In this document: in pieces, positions 20,570 through 31,200 of the stretch | Numbering within the stretch: the first letter of the stretch is position 1 | Layout: the number at the start of each line of letters is the position of its first letter | Origin: Diplonema japonicum | Lineage: Eukaryota; Protista; Euglenozoa: Diplonemea | Length of the DNA: 64,000 nucleotides | NCBI GenBank assembly: GCA_964019335.1 | Contig: OZ025704.1 | Span: forward strand, 186,001 to 250,000 | Direction of reading: 5' to 3' | Notes under the pieces: generated by a model | Told to the model about the DNA's origin: nothing | What the model saw: the letters and a program-made list of their open reading frames with translations, nothing else | The model's database searches: none | Program-made: the position numbers and the translations under genes

Positions 20570-23032
20570 ATGACGATAACTGTATTTCACAATCACATCA
20601 CAGACCTGTTCGAGAAGCATTTGTTTGCTCTTGCCGAGACCGAAATAAAACCATTCTGATTTGTCTTTCCCGTTCGCCCCCCTTTTTTTCTTGGGCCTTC
20701 GTCTGTCCCTTGGGTTTTGTTTCATGATGACAAACCTATTTCACAATCACATCACAGACCTGTTCGAGAAGCATTGTTCATGCCGAGAACCGAATTCAAA
20801 TATATCTGATTTTTTTTTTGTTCTTCTCTGTGCTCTGAGGGCATCTGTTAGGTTTTTTCATGATGACAACAACATTTCACAATCACATCACAGACCTGTT
20901 CGAGAAGCATTTGTTTATGCCGAGAACCGAATTAAAATTTATCTGATCCTTTTTTTCTGTGTGCAGGATGGCCTTAGATGGGTGCCTCCTGAGAATCCCT
21001 TTCTTTGATCAGTTTTCGTGATGACAACAACATTTCACAATCACATCACAGACCTGTTCGAGAAGCATTTGCTCATGCCGAGAACCGAATTCAAATTTAT
21101 CTGATTTCTTTTCTTTCTCTCTCTGTGCTCTGAGGGCATTTGTTAGGCTTTTTCATGATGACAACAACATTTCACAATCACATCACAGACCTGTTCGAGA
21201 AGCATTTGTTTATGCCGAGAACCGAATTAAAACATTTTCTGACCCATCTGCACAATCTTTCTGTAGTCTCTGGTTTTTTATTTTTATTTTTTTTCTTTGC
21301 GGGAGTAAATGATGACAACAACATTTCACATCACATCACAGACCTGTTCGAGAAGCATTTGCTCATGCCGAGAACCGAATTAAAATTTATCTGATTTTTT
21401 TTTTCTTCGGGGTCGAAGGCCTTAGAAGGGAGTCCCACCGCTCTGAGGGCATCCGTTAGGCTTTCATGATGACAACAATATTTCACAATCACATCACAGA
21501 CCTGTTCGAGAAGCATTTGTTTATGCCGAGAACCGAATTAAAATTTATCTGACCCATTTCTCTTTTTCCTTTTTAGGCAGGAAGGGTGCCTCTCGAGAAT
21601 GCACTTCGTGATGACAACCATATTTTCACAATCACATCACAGACCTGTTCGAGAAGCATTAATTTGCTATTGCCGAGAACCGAATTAAAACCTTTCTGAC
21701 CCATCATCTGTATATGGCTTCTGTGATGTCTCTTTTGTTTTGCAGTGATAAATGATGACAACAACATTTCACAATCACATCACAGACCTGTTCGAGAAGC
21801 ATTTGTTTATGCCGAGAACCGAATTAAAATTTATCTGATTTTTTCTTCTTTTTCTTCTCTCGGAAATGGGGAGGGGCCAAGTTGTACAATTTCTGTAATG
21901 ATGACAACAACATTTCACATCACATCACAGACCTGTTCGAGAAGCATTAATTTGCTATTGCCGAGAACCGAATTAAAATTTCTCTGATAAATGCTTGTGC
22001 CCTAAGTCTTTTTTTTTTTTTTTTTTTTTTCGTGATGACAACAACATTTCACAATCACATCACAGACCTGTTCGAGAAGCATTTTGTTTATGCCGAGAAC
22101 CGAATTAAAACACCTCTGATCCTCACATGCTGCCTTTTGCATCTTGTTGCAAGCTATTTTTCGTGATGACAATCCTTCATTCACATCACATCACAGACCT
22201 GTTCGAGAAGCATCTATTTACTCTTGCCGAGAACCGAATTAAAATCTTTCTGACCACATTTTTTGTTAAATGCTCACTGCCCAAAGTCCTTATGATGACA
22301 ACAATATTTCACAATCACATCACAGACCTGTTCGAGAAGCATTAATTTGCTATTGCCGAGAACCGAATTAAAACATCTCTGATCACCCCCCTTTTTTTTG
22401 TTAAACGCCCGTGCCCCCCCTCCCTATATTGCGCATGACCCCCCAACCCGGAGGGGGGGGGGGGGTCGATATATGCGGTACCCCCCCCCCCCCCCCTCTC
22501 ACCCAAGTTCCTCTTTTTTTTGTGATGACAACAATATTTCACAATCACATCACAGACCTGTTCGAGAAGCATTAATTTGTTATTGCCGAGAACCGAATTA
22601 AAATTTCTCTGATCCCCCCCCCCCCCCTCCCCCCTTTTTTTGTTAAATGTTTGTGCCCCAGGTCTTTTTTTTTCCGTGATGACAACAATATTTCACAATC
22701 ACATCACAGACCTGTTCGAGAAGCATTTGCTCATGCCGAGAACCGAATTAAAACACCTCTGATCTTCACATGTTGCCTTTTGCATCTTTTTGTAAACAGT
22801 TTTCGTGATGACAATCCTTCATTCACAATCACATCACAGACCTGTTCGAGAAGCATCTATTTGCTCTTGCCGAGAACCGAATTAAAATCTTTCTGACCAC
22901 CCCATTTTCTTTATTAAATGCCCACTGCCCAAAGTCCTTTCATGATGACAACACTATTTCACAATCACATCACAGACCTGTTCGAGAAGCATTAATTTGC
23001 TATTGCCGAGAACCGAATTAAAACATCTCTGA
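20570..23032 (+). ncRNA. Tandem array of 17 box C/D snoRNA copies, U25/snR56-like guide against SSU rRNA
   Basis: Units of 86-92 nt start at 20570, 20724, 20860, 21018, 21155, 21309, 21466, 21608, 21752, 21898, 22032, 22163, 22292, 22522, 22676, 22805 and 22942. Each has RTGATGA (ATGACGA in copy 1), invariant CATCACAGACCTGTT, a C'-like WTGCCGA and a terminal CTGA. Confidence 0.88.
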
Positions 23033-23072
23033 TCTATGTTTTGCTGCCCTTCGCCTTGTTGTAAGCATTTTC

Positions 23073-23129
23073 GTGATGACAATCCTTGTCGTCGTGTGTA
23101 GCCCGTAAGGGACGTTTAGAATTTCCTGA
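23073..23129 (+). ncRNA. Divergent or chimeric 18th C/D unit
   Basis: Starts GTGATGACAATCCTT like copies 12 and 16, has a different interior, and ends in CTGA. Confidence 0.35.
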
Positions 23130-23296
23130 TTTTCACTTACTCCTCCAATTTTAGCTTTTTTTTAATACAATATTTTCCTAAGAACCATTAAAAAAAATAA
23201 TAAAAATAATAAATAAATAAATAAGAAAATAGAATTCACAAGATGCACAGGTTAAGAACCACATTTACTTTAAAAAAACACCTACAAAGAACCATC

Positions 23297-23974
23297 ATGG
23301 AGCTCAACGCCGACCTTGGTAAGTCAGTGGCGATCGACAGTGCAAAAATAGACTGGACCACGAGCCAAATGAAGGGGGTGATGAGGCGAATGCTTGAAAG
23401 GAAGGGTGATGAGGTGGCCATATGCGCTACAATTGTGAAGTACGACCCCGAAAGCTACTACGACGAGCACGGGCACGAAGAAGGGGAGGAGTTCGTGGTC
23501 CTCGAGGGAGTCTTCTCGGACAATTACGGTGACTTCCCTGCAGGCACTTATGTGAGGAACCCACCGGGATCCAAGCACAAGCCGTTCACAAAAGGCGGGT
23601 GTGCTATCTTTGTCCGTCTGCGACAGTTTCTTCCTGAAGACCAGCAGTACGTCCGGACAAACATTTTCGAGCAACCGGAATCCGCTTGGAAAACAGACGG
23701 TGCCACCAAGGTTTCCACCCTGCCCCTCCACACCTACGCCACTGAAACCTTCTCTGTTCTGAAGATCCCACCGCAGACATCGGTTCCTTCGCGTGTCACA
23801 ACACGAATTGAGGAGTCCTTTATTCTCAAGGGATCTATCATGGAGGGTGGTGAGGTGCACCCTGTTCACTCTTGGATCCGAAAGGCCGTCGGTTCCCCAT
23901 GCACGTGGAAGAGCGGAGACGAAGAATGCTACATTTTGCACAGGGTGGGGAGGTCTAAGCATCCCGAGTTGTGA
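23297..23974 (+). CDS. ChrR-like cupin (bicupin) domain protein, bacterial type
   Basis: MELNAD...HGHEEGEEFVVLEGVFSD..GDFPAGTYVRNPPGSKHKP..GCAIFVRLRQF closely follows the bacterial ChrR-cupin pattern. No introns. Confidence 0.85.
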   Translation: MELNADLGKSVAIDSAKIDWTTSQMKGVMRRMLERKGDEVAICATIVKYDPESYYDEHGHEEGEEFVVLEGVFSDNYGDFPAGTYVRNPPGSKHKPFTKGGCAIFVRLRQFLPEDQQYVRTNIFEQPESAWKTDGATKVSTLPLHTYATETFSVLKIPPQTSVPSRVTTRIEESFILKGSIMEGGEVHPVHSWIRKAVGSPCTWKSGDEECYILHRVGRSKHPEL

Positions 23975-24633
23975 AAAGGTGGTGGTGGGGATTTAAAAAA
24001 AAAAAAGATTAAAAAAAAGGGGGGAGGAAGGGATGGAGGGTAAATATTACACTACATGTGTGACGTTACAAGTCACGCTGTAGTGTACCCCCCTTTTTTT
24101 CTTTTTTACCAAACGGTTAGCAATCTGATTTTTTTTTTCTGTTTTGCTATTTTATTTTTGCTTACAGACGAATTAGAACCAAAAAAGAAAAAAAAGACAC
24201 ACGAGCTTTCGTGCTTTTTTTTTTTTTTTTATTGTGGTGGTCATTGCAAGAGCACCTATAGGAATTTTGGGACGATTCAGTTTACAGAATAGTTCTTTTT
24301 TTTCTTTATTCTTCTTCTCTTTTCTCTCTTTTTTGTCCTGAGGTTAGAACAGTAAAGAACAAGACTCAATACTTCTCCTCCGGCTTAGCTTTCAAAAAGA
24401 AAGCTGAAAAAAAAAAAAAAAAAAAAAACGGGAGGGGGAACAAAATAAAAAGAGATTTGTGTTCATGTGAGACACCCCCATTGAGGGGAACACTGTTTTT
24501 AAGAACGAAACACACATGAAACATACAAACCCTCAGCTCCCTCTCTCCTTCTTTTGATATTTTTTTTTTGGCAACCCGTGAAATGAAAGTGTTTTTTTTT
24601 TTTTTTTTCATAGGGAAAAAAAAAGGGGGGGAA

Positions 24634-25098
24634 ATGACGATTCTCGACAAATGGTGGGTGTGCTCAAAATGTGGGGAAAAGAACCCTGGAGCGGAACAGA
24701 CCGAGAGCATTACAGTGAAAAAGAAGGAAGGAGAGAGAATGGGCATGGTGTGGGGTATTGGGCTGAAGGTGAAGGGAGCACGGGAAAACAGCCCCGCTGT
24801 TCTGGCAGGAGCGCTGGACCACATTGGTTGGGAGGTTATCAGCGTGAACAATGAAAAAGTTACAACGGTGGCAGAAGTAAACGCAATTTCCTGGCCGAGT
24901 ACGGAGGTCACCATCGCAATGATTCTGAAAAAAAGAAACACATGCACAAAATGCCACTCCTCCTGCAGAGTACTGTGCAAGACATGTGGGTCCCCCGTTA
25001 GCGAAACTACAGGCCACTGTGTAGTGGTTACCTGCCCTGCCAAACCCCCTATAAAGCCAGAATCCATGGAACATGTTGATGCTTGCTCTATTCAGTAA
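24634..25098 (+). CDS. Small zinc-finger protein with an inserted PDZ-like domain
   Basis: WVCSKCGEKN, a PDZ-like stretch (MGMVW..SPAVLAG..GWEVISVNNEKV), then CTKC..CKTC. Confidence 0.65.
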   Translation: MTILDKWWVCSKCGEKNPGAEQTESITVKKKEGERMGMVWGIGLKVKGARENSPAVLAGALDHIGWEVISVNNEKVTTVAEVNAISWPSTEVTIAMILKKRNTCTKCHSSCRVLCKTCGSPVSETTGHCVVVTCPAKPPIKPESMEHVDACSIQ

Positions 25099-25213
25099 TT
25101 CTATGTTGCCCCCCCTCGCCGCATTTAGCCTTTTTTTTTTGTATTCTCACCATAGGTAGATAGATTAGAGTCCCCCCCTCCACGCCCCCCCCCTCCCCTT
25201 CCTCCTCAGAACA

Positions 25214-28200
25214 ATGGACAGCGACGTCGAGCTGAGCGGGTGGGTCTGGAAGTTCTCCGTTGTCGGCAAGAACGACTGGAAGCCACAGCATTGGCGGAAG
25301 CGCTTCGCCACTGTCTCTAAATCTGCACTGTGCTTCTATAAGGATCCTGCCGACTCGGTCCCTTCCGCACTGGTGAACTTGAAAGGCACTCAGCCGCTCA
25401 CGGTGTACAGCACGCAGCAGAATGACTTCCCTTTTTCCGAAGACGGCTACAACTACTTCATGGGGATACAGTTCTACGAGGAGGGGAAGTCGGTCCCGCT
25501 GCTGCTGCTCCTCAAATGCATCACCCAGCAGGAGCATCAGACCTGGTCGCACCACTTCTCCACCCACATGGAGTCCGAGCAATTCAACTACATCAAGAAG
25601 AACTTCCCCACCTTCGACGCATCAGCTCTCGAAAAGGCCGCCAAGGCAGAGACCCAAGCCGAAGCGTCCTCTTCAGACGACGAAGAAGCACGCGAAATGA
25701 TCGCCTCATTTATGTCGGACCAGCCTGCGAAGGAAAGCTCGTCAAGAACTCCAGCAACTACGGCCCAAGCCCAGCTGGAGGCTGCTAAAAAACGTTTGCA
25801 AGCGAGCCGAGCGCGTGCCGAGGACAGACAGCCTGCCTCATCGTCCAGCAACCTCAAAGAAAAACTGGCGGCATTGAAGGCAAAGAACAAAGAAGCTTCG
25901 ATAGCCCGCCCCTTTCTCGAAGCGACCACGGATGAGGACACAACGCGGAGGGAGAGGCGGAAGTCGCTTATCGAAGACATCCCTGCTACCCCTGTCCTAG
26001 CGCAGACAGAAGGCTCGTCAATGGCAGGCAGGTCGAAGCTTGAGAAGGTGCTGGCACAGCAGAGGTCTCGCACTGCAGAGGACGACATTGCCAAGAAGAT
26101 CCAAAACTTTGCAGCTAGGCTCGACAAAGACTTCGATGATGACGAGGAGGAGGAAGAGGCCACAGGGCTTGTGGCCACCGATCCTGCTGCACTCACACTA
26201 TCATCGTCAGCTCTGACCACATCGACAAGTGAGAAACGGGCCAAGCTCCTCGCTAAAGCAAAGCAGGCCAAGGCTAAGAAGATGTCCGAGATCGCAGTCC
26301 AAACAGACCCCACAAGCGACACGGGAGGGGGGAGCGCAGACCTCGAAGAAAAGTACCATGACGCCGCTGCCAGAGCCCAAGCAGCAGAGGCAGAGGTCGA
26401 GTCGATCATCGAAGAGACTACAAAGGAGAAGGAACAGTTGAAGATGGCAAGACAGCGGTGTCAGTCCCTCATTGCCGAACGCGACAGTTTCATGGAGAAG
26501 GCAACCACAATGGAGAAGGAAGCGTCCGAGCAAATGCAGAAGGTGAAAGACAGGCTGAGCGAAGTTGTGGATGAAAAAGATACCTTGAAAAGATCGCTTC
26601 AAGAGGCCGGAAGTCGATCAGCAGAGCTGGAGGCGCAGCTGCAAGAGACAGTAGCTTCCGTGGAGGGGAAGGGGGACGAGTTGAACGAGTTCCGCAAGCA
26701 GATCGAAGCGGAGAAGAGGGACAGGGAGGCGCGCATCACCGTGCTCGAGAAGGACCTTGCCTCGAGAACCGTCGAGTTGGAACAGATATCAGCGGAACTA
26801 GCGACAAGCAACCAGCAGCGTGGAGACGCAACGGACGAATTCGAAGAACTGAAACGGCAGCTGCAAGAGGCAGAGGCGGCCAGTGCTGCCAAAGTCCAAG
26901 AAGTACAAAAAAACTGCAACCAGGAACTAGCCGTGCTTAAGGAACAGCTGGAAGCGACTAACAGGGAACTCGCTGACGAAGCACAGCAGCGGCGCCAAGC
27001 AGAAGAAAACGGCAGTGCAAAGAACGAGGCGCTCCAAGAAGCTGACAATAAGCTTGAGGCTGCTAGGCAGGAGCTGTCAACTGCCATGGAGGCTGCACAA
27101 ACTGCGAATAAAGTAGCGGAAGGCAAATTACAGACTATTTCCGTCCTGGAAGATAGGCTGAAGGAAACCACAGACGAGATTGCTAAACTCTCCGAAGGCA
27201 GCGACCAGGCACAGGTTCTGTCTGCGAAGCTAGACGCAGTCATCACGGAACGCGATACATTCAAGGCGACTCTTGGTGACGTGCAGCAACAGCTTCAGGT
27301 GGCTGAAAGCGGGCTGCAAGAGAGTGAAACCGAGCAACAGAAAGTTGGCAGCCGCTGCGAAGAACTTGAAGCGAAGTTGGCAGCTGCACAGTCTTCATTG
27401 CAAGAGGTAAGTGAGGAGAACCGCAAGGCGAAGGCGGAGCTCCTTGAGACACACAACGAAGCACTGAAATCATTGGTGGCCGCAACGGGGAGGACCGTCG
27501 AGCAAGTTGCAAGCAGCAGTATTGATGATGCCACAAAGCAGCAGTTTGCAGCAGAGCTGGATGACATCAATGCGGCGGCTGACAAGTGCAAAACGGAGGA
27601 GGAGCGTGCTGCTGTTTCGGCTCAGGTAACGCAACTTCAGGAGGAGATAAAGGCCATGAAGCCGCAGCTAAGCAAAGAGACACAAGACGTCATCGCTGAA
27701 GCGGAGATGGAGGCAGGCGTGTTCGGTGATGACGTGGAAGGGTGGAAGGAAGTGGCCAAGAGGCTGTTGCGCGAGAAGAACGACCTGCTCCTCCAAGTGA
27801 CAGGGTGGACCTGCCCCAGCTGCTCGGAACACAACGACAGCGACTGCGACATCTGCCGCTCTTGCTCCACAGAGAAACCCCTTGAGACAGAAGAGGCTAA
27901 GACTAAGCGGGAACTTCTCGAAAAGACAGAAGAGCTCAGCAAATTCAGCAACGAGGTTGACAGGCTCTCAGCACAGGTCAAGACATCAGAGGATGCATGT
28001 GAAGCACTGAAAGAAACCCTCCGAACAAGCCAAGAAGGACACACCACAGCGCAAGCTCTGGAGGAAACTGACAACCTCAAAGAGGCTTTGGAACATGCCG
28101 AGAAGCAGCGGCAGGAGCTTCTTGAAAGAGAGGAACGACTCAATGAGCAACTGGAGAATCAAGCAAAGCAACTGGAAGCGCTTGAAGAAAATGCCTCCGC

Positions 28201-31200
28201 CGGTAAGGAGGTGGCCAGGAAGCTGCTTCAAGCGAAATGCGCGCTGGAAGAGGAGTTGGAGCAAGCGAAAGCAACTCAAGATACTCAAGGGAAGGAGGGT
28301 CAGGAGGACGAGGCTGACAAAGAGGGAAACCAACAGCTGCTGGCGGAGATTGAGACACTGAGCAAGCAGCTGGCTGATGCTTCCGAGGAACGAAACAGGC
28401 TTAAGGAGGCTGCTGAAGAAAGCGCGAAGGAACTCGAGAAGCTGAGAGAGTCTGACGGTGCTGCTGAAGGCAACATGAAGCGAGCCGAGGAACTGCAGCA
28501 AGAGCTGTCTTCCGTCCAAGAAGACGTAGCAGCGCTGAGAGTGAACGAGCAATCAGCGAAGCAGAGCATCGAGGCGATGGAAGACCTTTCTGACGAACTG
28601 AGCAAACTCAAGGCAGCACACGAAGCACTGCAAGAAGCCTCAGAAGCACAGAAAAAAGAACTTGAAGGTCAGTTGCAGAGCACAACCGAAGAGCTCACCA
28701 GTATACGAGAGACTAATGCCGAAGGCGATGCGACAGGCAAGGAGGTTGCGCGAGGGCTACTCCAAGAAATAACTGCCCTTCGGGAACAGCTATCTGAAAT
28801 GGGCGACGCGCTTGAGGCAAGCAAAGAGGTGGCCCGGAAGCTGATCAACGAACGGACGGACTTACAAGAACAGCTAGAAGAATCCAAAGAAATGGCAGAA
28901 CAGCTACAACAGACAGAAAGTACGACTGAAGCAGGTAAAGAAGTCGCCAGGCAGCTGCTACAAGATAAGAACCGGCTGCAAGCAGAGTTGGAAGATACGC
29001 AGAAATCACTTCGAGCTGCGGAGCAGTCAATGGAGGAAGCAAATGCTCGCTGCGAGGAGCTGGAGGCAGCCAGCCCAATAAAAGGCCAAGCCCAGCAAAT
29101 GGAACAGGGCACTATCGCCGTGCGTGATGCCACCATCAAAGCGGCGGAGACATCACTGGACAACCCTGACCTGACTCCTGAGGAACGCGAGGAGCTAGAA
29201 ACAAAGGTGGCCGCGTTGAAAGAGATGGAACTCGATGACGAGGCTATGGAGGAAGTGTGCGCCAAGGCTGCTGAGCTGCAAGAATCCGTTGAGAGGGTGA
29301 ACCCCAACGCCGACACGAACGAGGCCACCTTGCAAAGGTCCTTCAACGAAGCATCACAGGAAGGCACACAGGAGGAGGTTTGGAAGGAGGTGTCACGCAG
29401 GCTCCTTCAGGAAAAGGGTGCGCTTCAAACCGAAGTCAGCGGTCTTCAGTCGTCACTTGAAGTGGCTAAAAGCGAGGTTGTCGAGAAAGATACCGAGTGC
29501 CAAAAATTGCAGCAGCAGATCTCCGAGTCAGGCGCCGCAGGCGATGAGCTGGCAGCTGAGAGGATGAAGGAGATGCAGATCAACATGATGAACCTGAACG
29601 ACTCCATTTCTGAACTGGAAGAAGCACTTCTGAAGGAGAGGAGGCGTGGTGACGACGCGGCGGATGAACTGAAGTCAGCCGCTCTTGTCGCAGAGCAGGA
29701 AAGGGACGCCCTCCTTGTGAAACTGTCGAGCGATATGCCGGATGACAAGAAAGCTGAAGCACTACAAAACCTCATCAGCAACAAACTTCTTGATGACAGT
29801 GATTTGTCGGAAGAACAGAGGCAACACCTGCAAGAATTAACAGAGATGCCCCTCAGTGATGACCCCGAAGAACTCAACCAACAAGTACAGCAGCTGCGGG
29901 AAGCTGTCAGCAATGCGAACATCGACGATACGACGTCAGAGGCGTGGAAAGAAGTGGCGCGTAGGTTACTGCAGGAAAAGCGCGAACTGCAAGACGCACT
30001 TTCTGCCGTGAAAGCAACGCAGGGCGCTCTTGACCTACTGCCCGAGGACGTCAGGGAGCAGGTCCAGCAGGTAGGGGAAGACACCGATTTGAAGAAGGCG
30101 CAGGGCCTGCAAGCAGCACTTAAAGAAGTGGAGAGTGATCCTGCAGCCGCACAACTGCAACAAAATGAGAGGGGAGAGCTGGTGAGGGCTTCTAATATTG
30201 AGCTGAGCAATGACCCTGATGAGCTGCACAAGCAGCTTGAAGACCTGCAATCTGTAGCCACCTCGGTGAGACACTCTTCTGTTTTCTCATCACTCCCACC
30301 CGAGCTGCAGAAGGGCGAGGACGAAGAGTCGTGGAAGGACGTAGCAAGGAGGCTGCTCATGGAAAAAAAAGAACTGCAGGAAGCACTATCTGCTGTGAAC
30401 AGCTCGGAGGCTGTCACTGTGCTTCCCCCCGAGGTGCGTGAGCAAGTCCAGCGCCTTGCTGATGAGAACGCCGATTACGTCCCAGCCCCCACTGATGCAC
30501 AGAAAGCGGAGGACTTACAGGAAGTGCTGCGCGAAGCTCTCTGCACACCAGCAGCCGCCGATCTTGACCCGAAGCAGCTGGAGGCATTGCAAGTTCTATC
30601 CAATAAAGAAGTCACTGAAGAAACGGGCCATTTGCAGCTTGAGGAGCTTCAAAGCGCAGCAGCATCTCTGATGGATTCGAAGGCCGCCGAAGACCTGCCT
30701 GTGGACCTGAAGCAGGACCTTTCGGACGCCGCTGACAAGTGGAAGGAAGTGTCACGAACAATCTTGCAGGACAAGAAAGAACTGCAGGACGAGCTTGATG
30801 CCGTGCGGGCGAAGCTTGCGGCTTGCGAAGAAGAACTTGAAATGTACAAAAAGAAGCAGGCGAGTGCTGAAGAGATGACCGAACCCGCTGAAGGCGCGGA
30901 ACAGCAGCAAGAGATCGAAGAGCTTCAACACACGCTGACCACTGTAAGCGCATCACCCGCCTTGGAGCAGCTCCCTGAGGAGCAGAAACAGCGCCTGTCA
31001 CGTGCTGCATCAATGATCATCAGCGAAGACCCGAAGACCAAACAGGAACAGTTAGAAGAGCTACAGGGCGTGGCTGTGGATTTGATGACGTCTGGCACTG
31101 CGCAGAACCTGTCGCAGGAAGATGTCAATGACTTCACGCAGACAGCCGACAGCTGGAAAGAAGTCTCCAGGAGGCTCCTAGGTGACAAGAGAGACCTGTC

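Noticed and set aside
20331-20654. snR30/U17 m1 and m2 motifs (ATATTC-TA, AAACCAT)
   Set aside because: m1 is imperfect, and the m2-like motif lies within C/D copy 1 about 310 nt away with no enclosing hairpin.
22401-22415. TAAACGCCCGTGC resembling the TIR of the 10015-11119 transposon
   Set aside because: It aligns equally well with homologous spacers (TTAAATGCTCACTGCCC, TTAAATGTTTGTGCCCC), and there is no second TIR or TSD.
20384-22896. Short ORFs with repeated HNHITDLFEKH
   Set aside because: They are translations of the RNA repeat. Frequent indels shift frames between units.
20570-23129. CRISPR array
   Set aside because: Repeats are about 88 nt, spacers are homologous to each other and low-complexity, there are no cas genes, the context is eukaryotic, and C/D boxes plus an rRNA antisense element explain the conservation.
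20570-23974. TIGR-Tas-like programmable C/D guide array with an adjacent effector
   Set aside because: The guide segment between the boxes is invariant rather than diversified, and the neighbours (LRR protein, cupin) show no Nop or nuclease domain.
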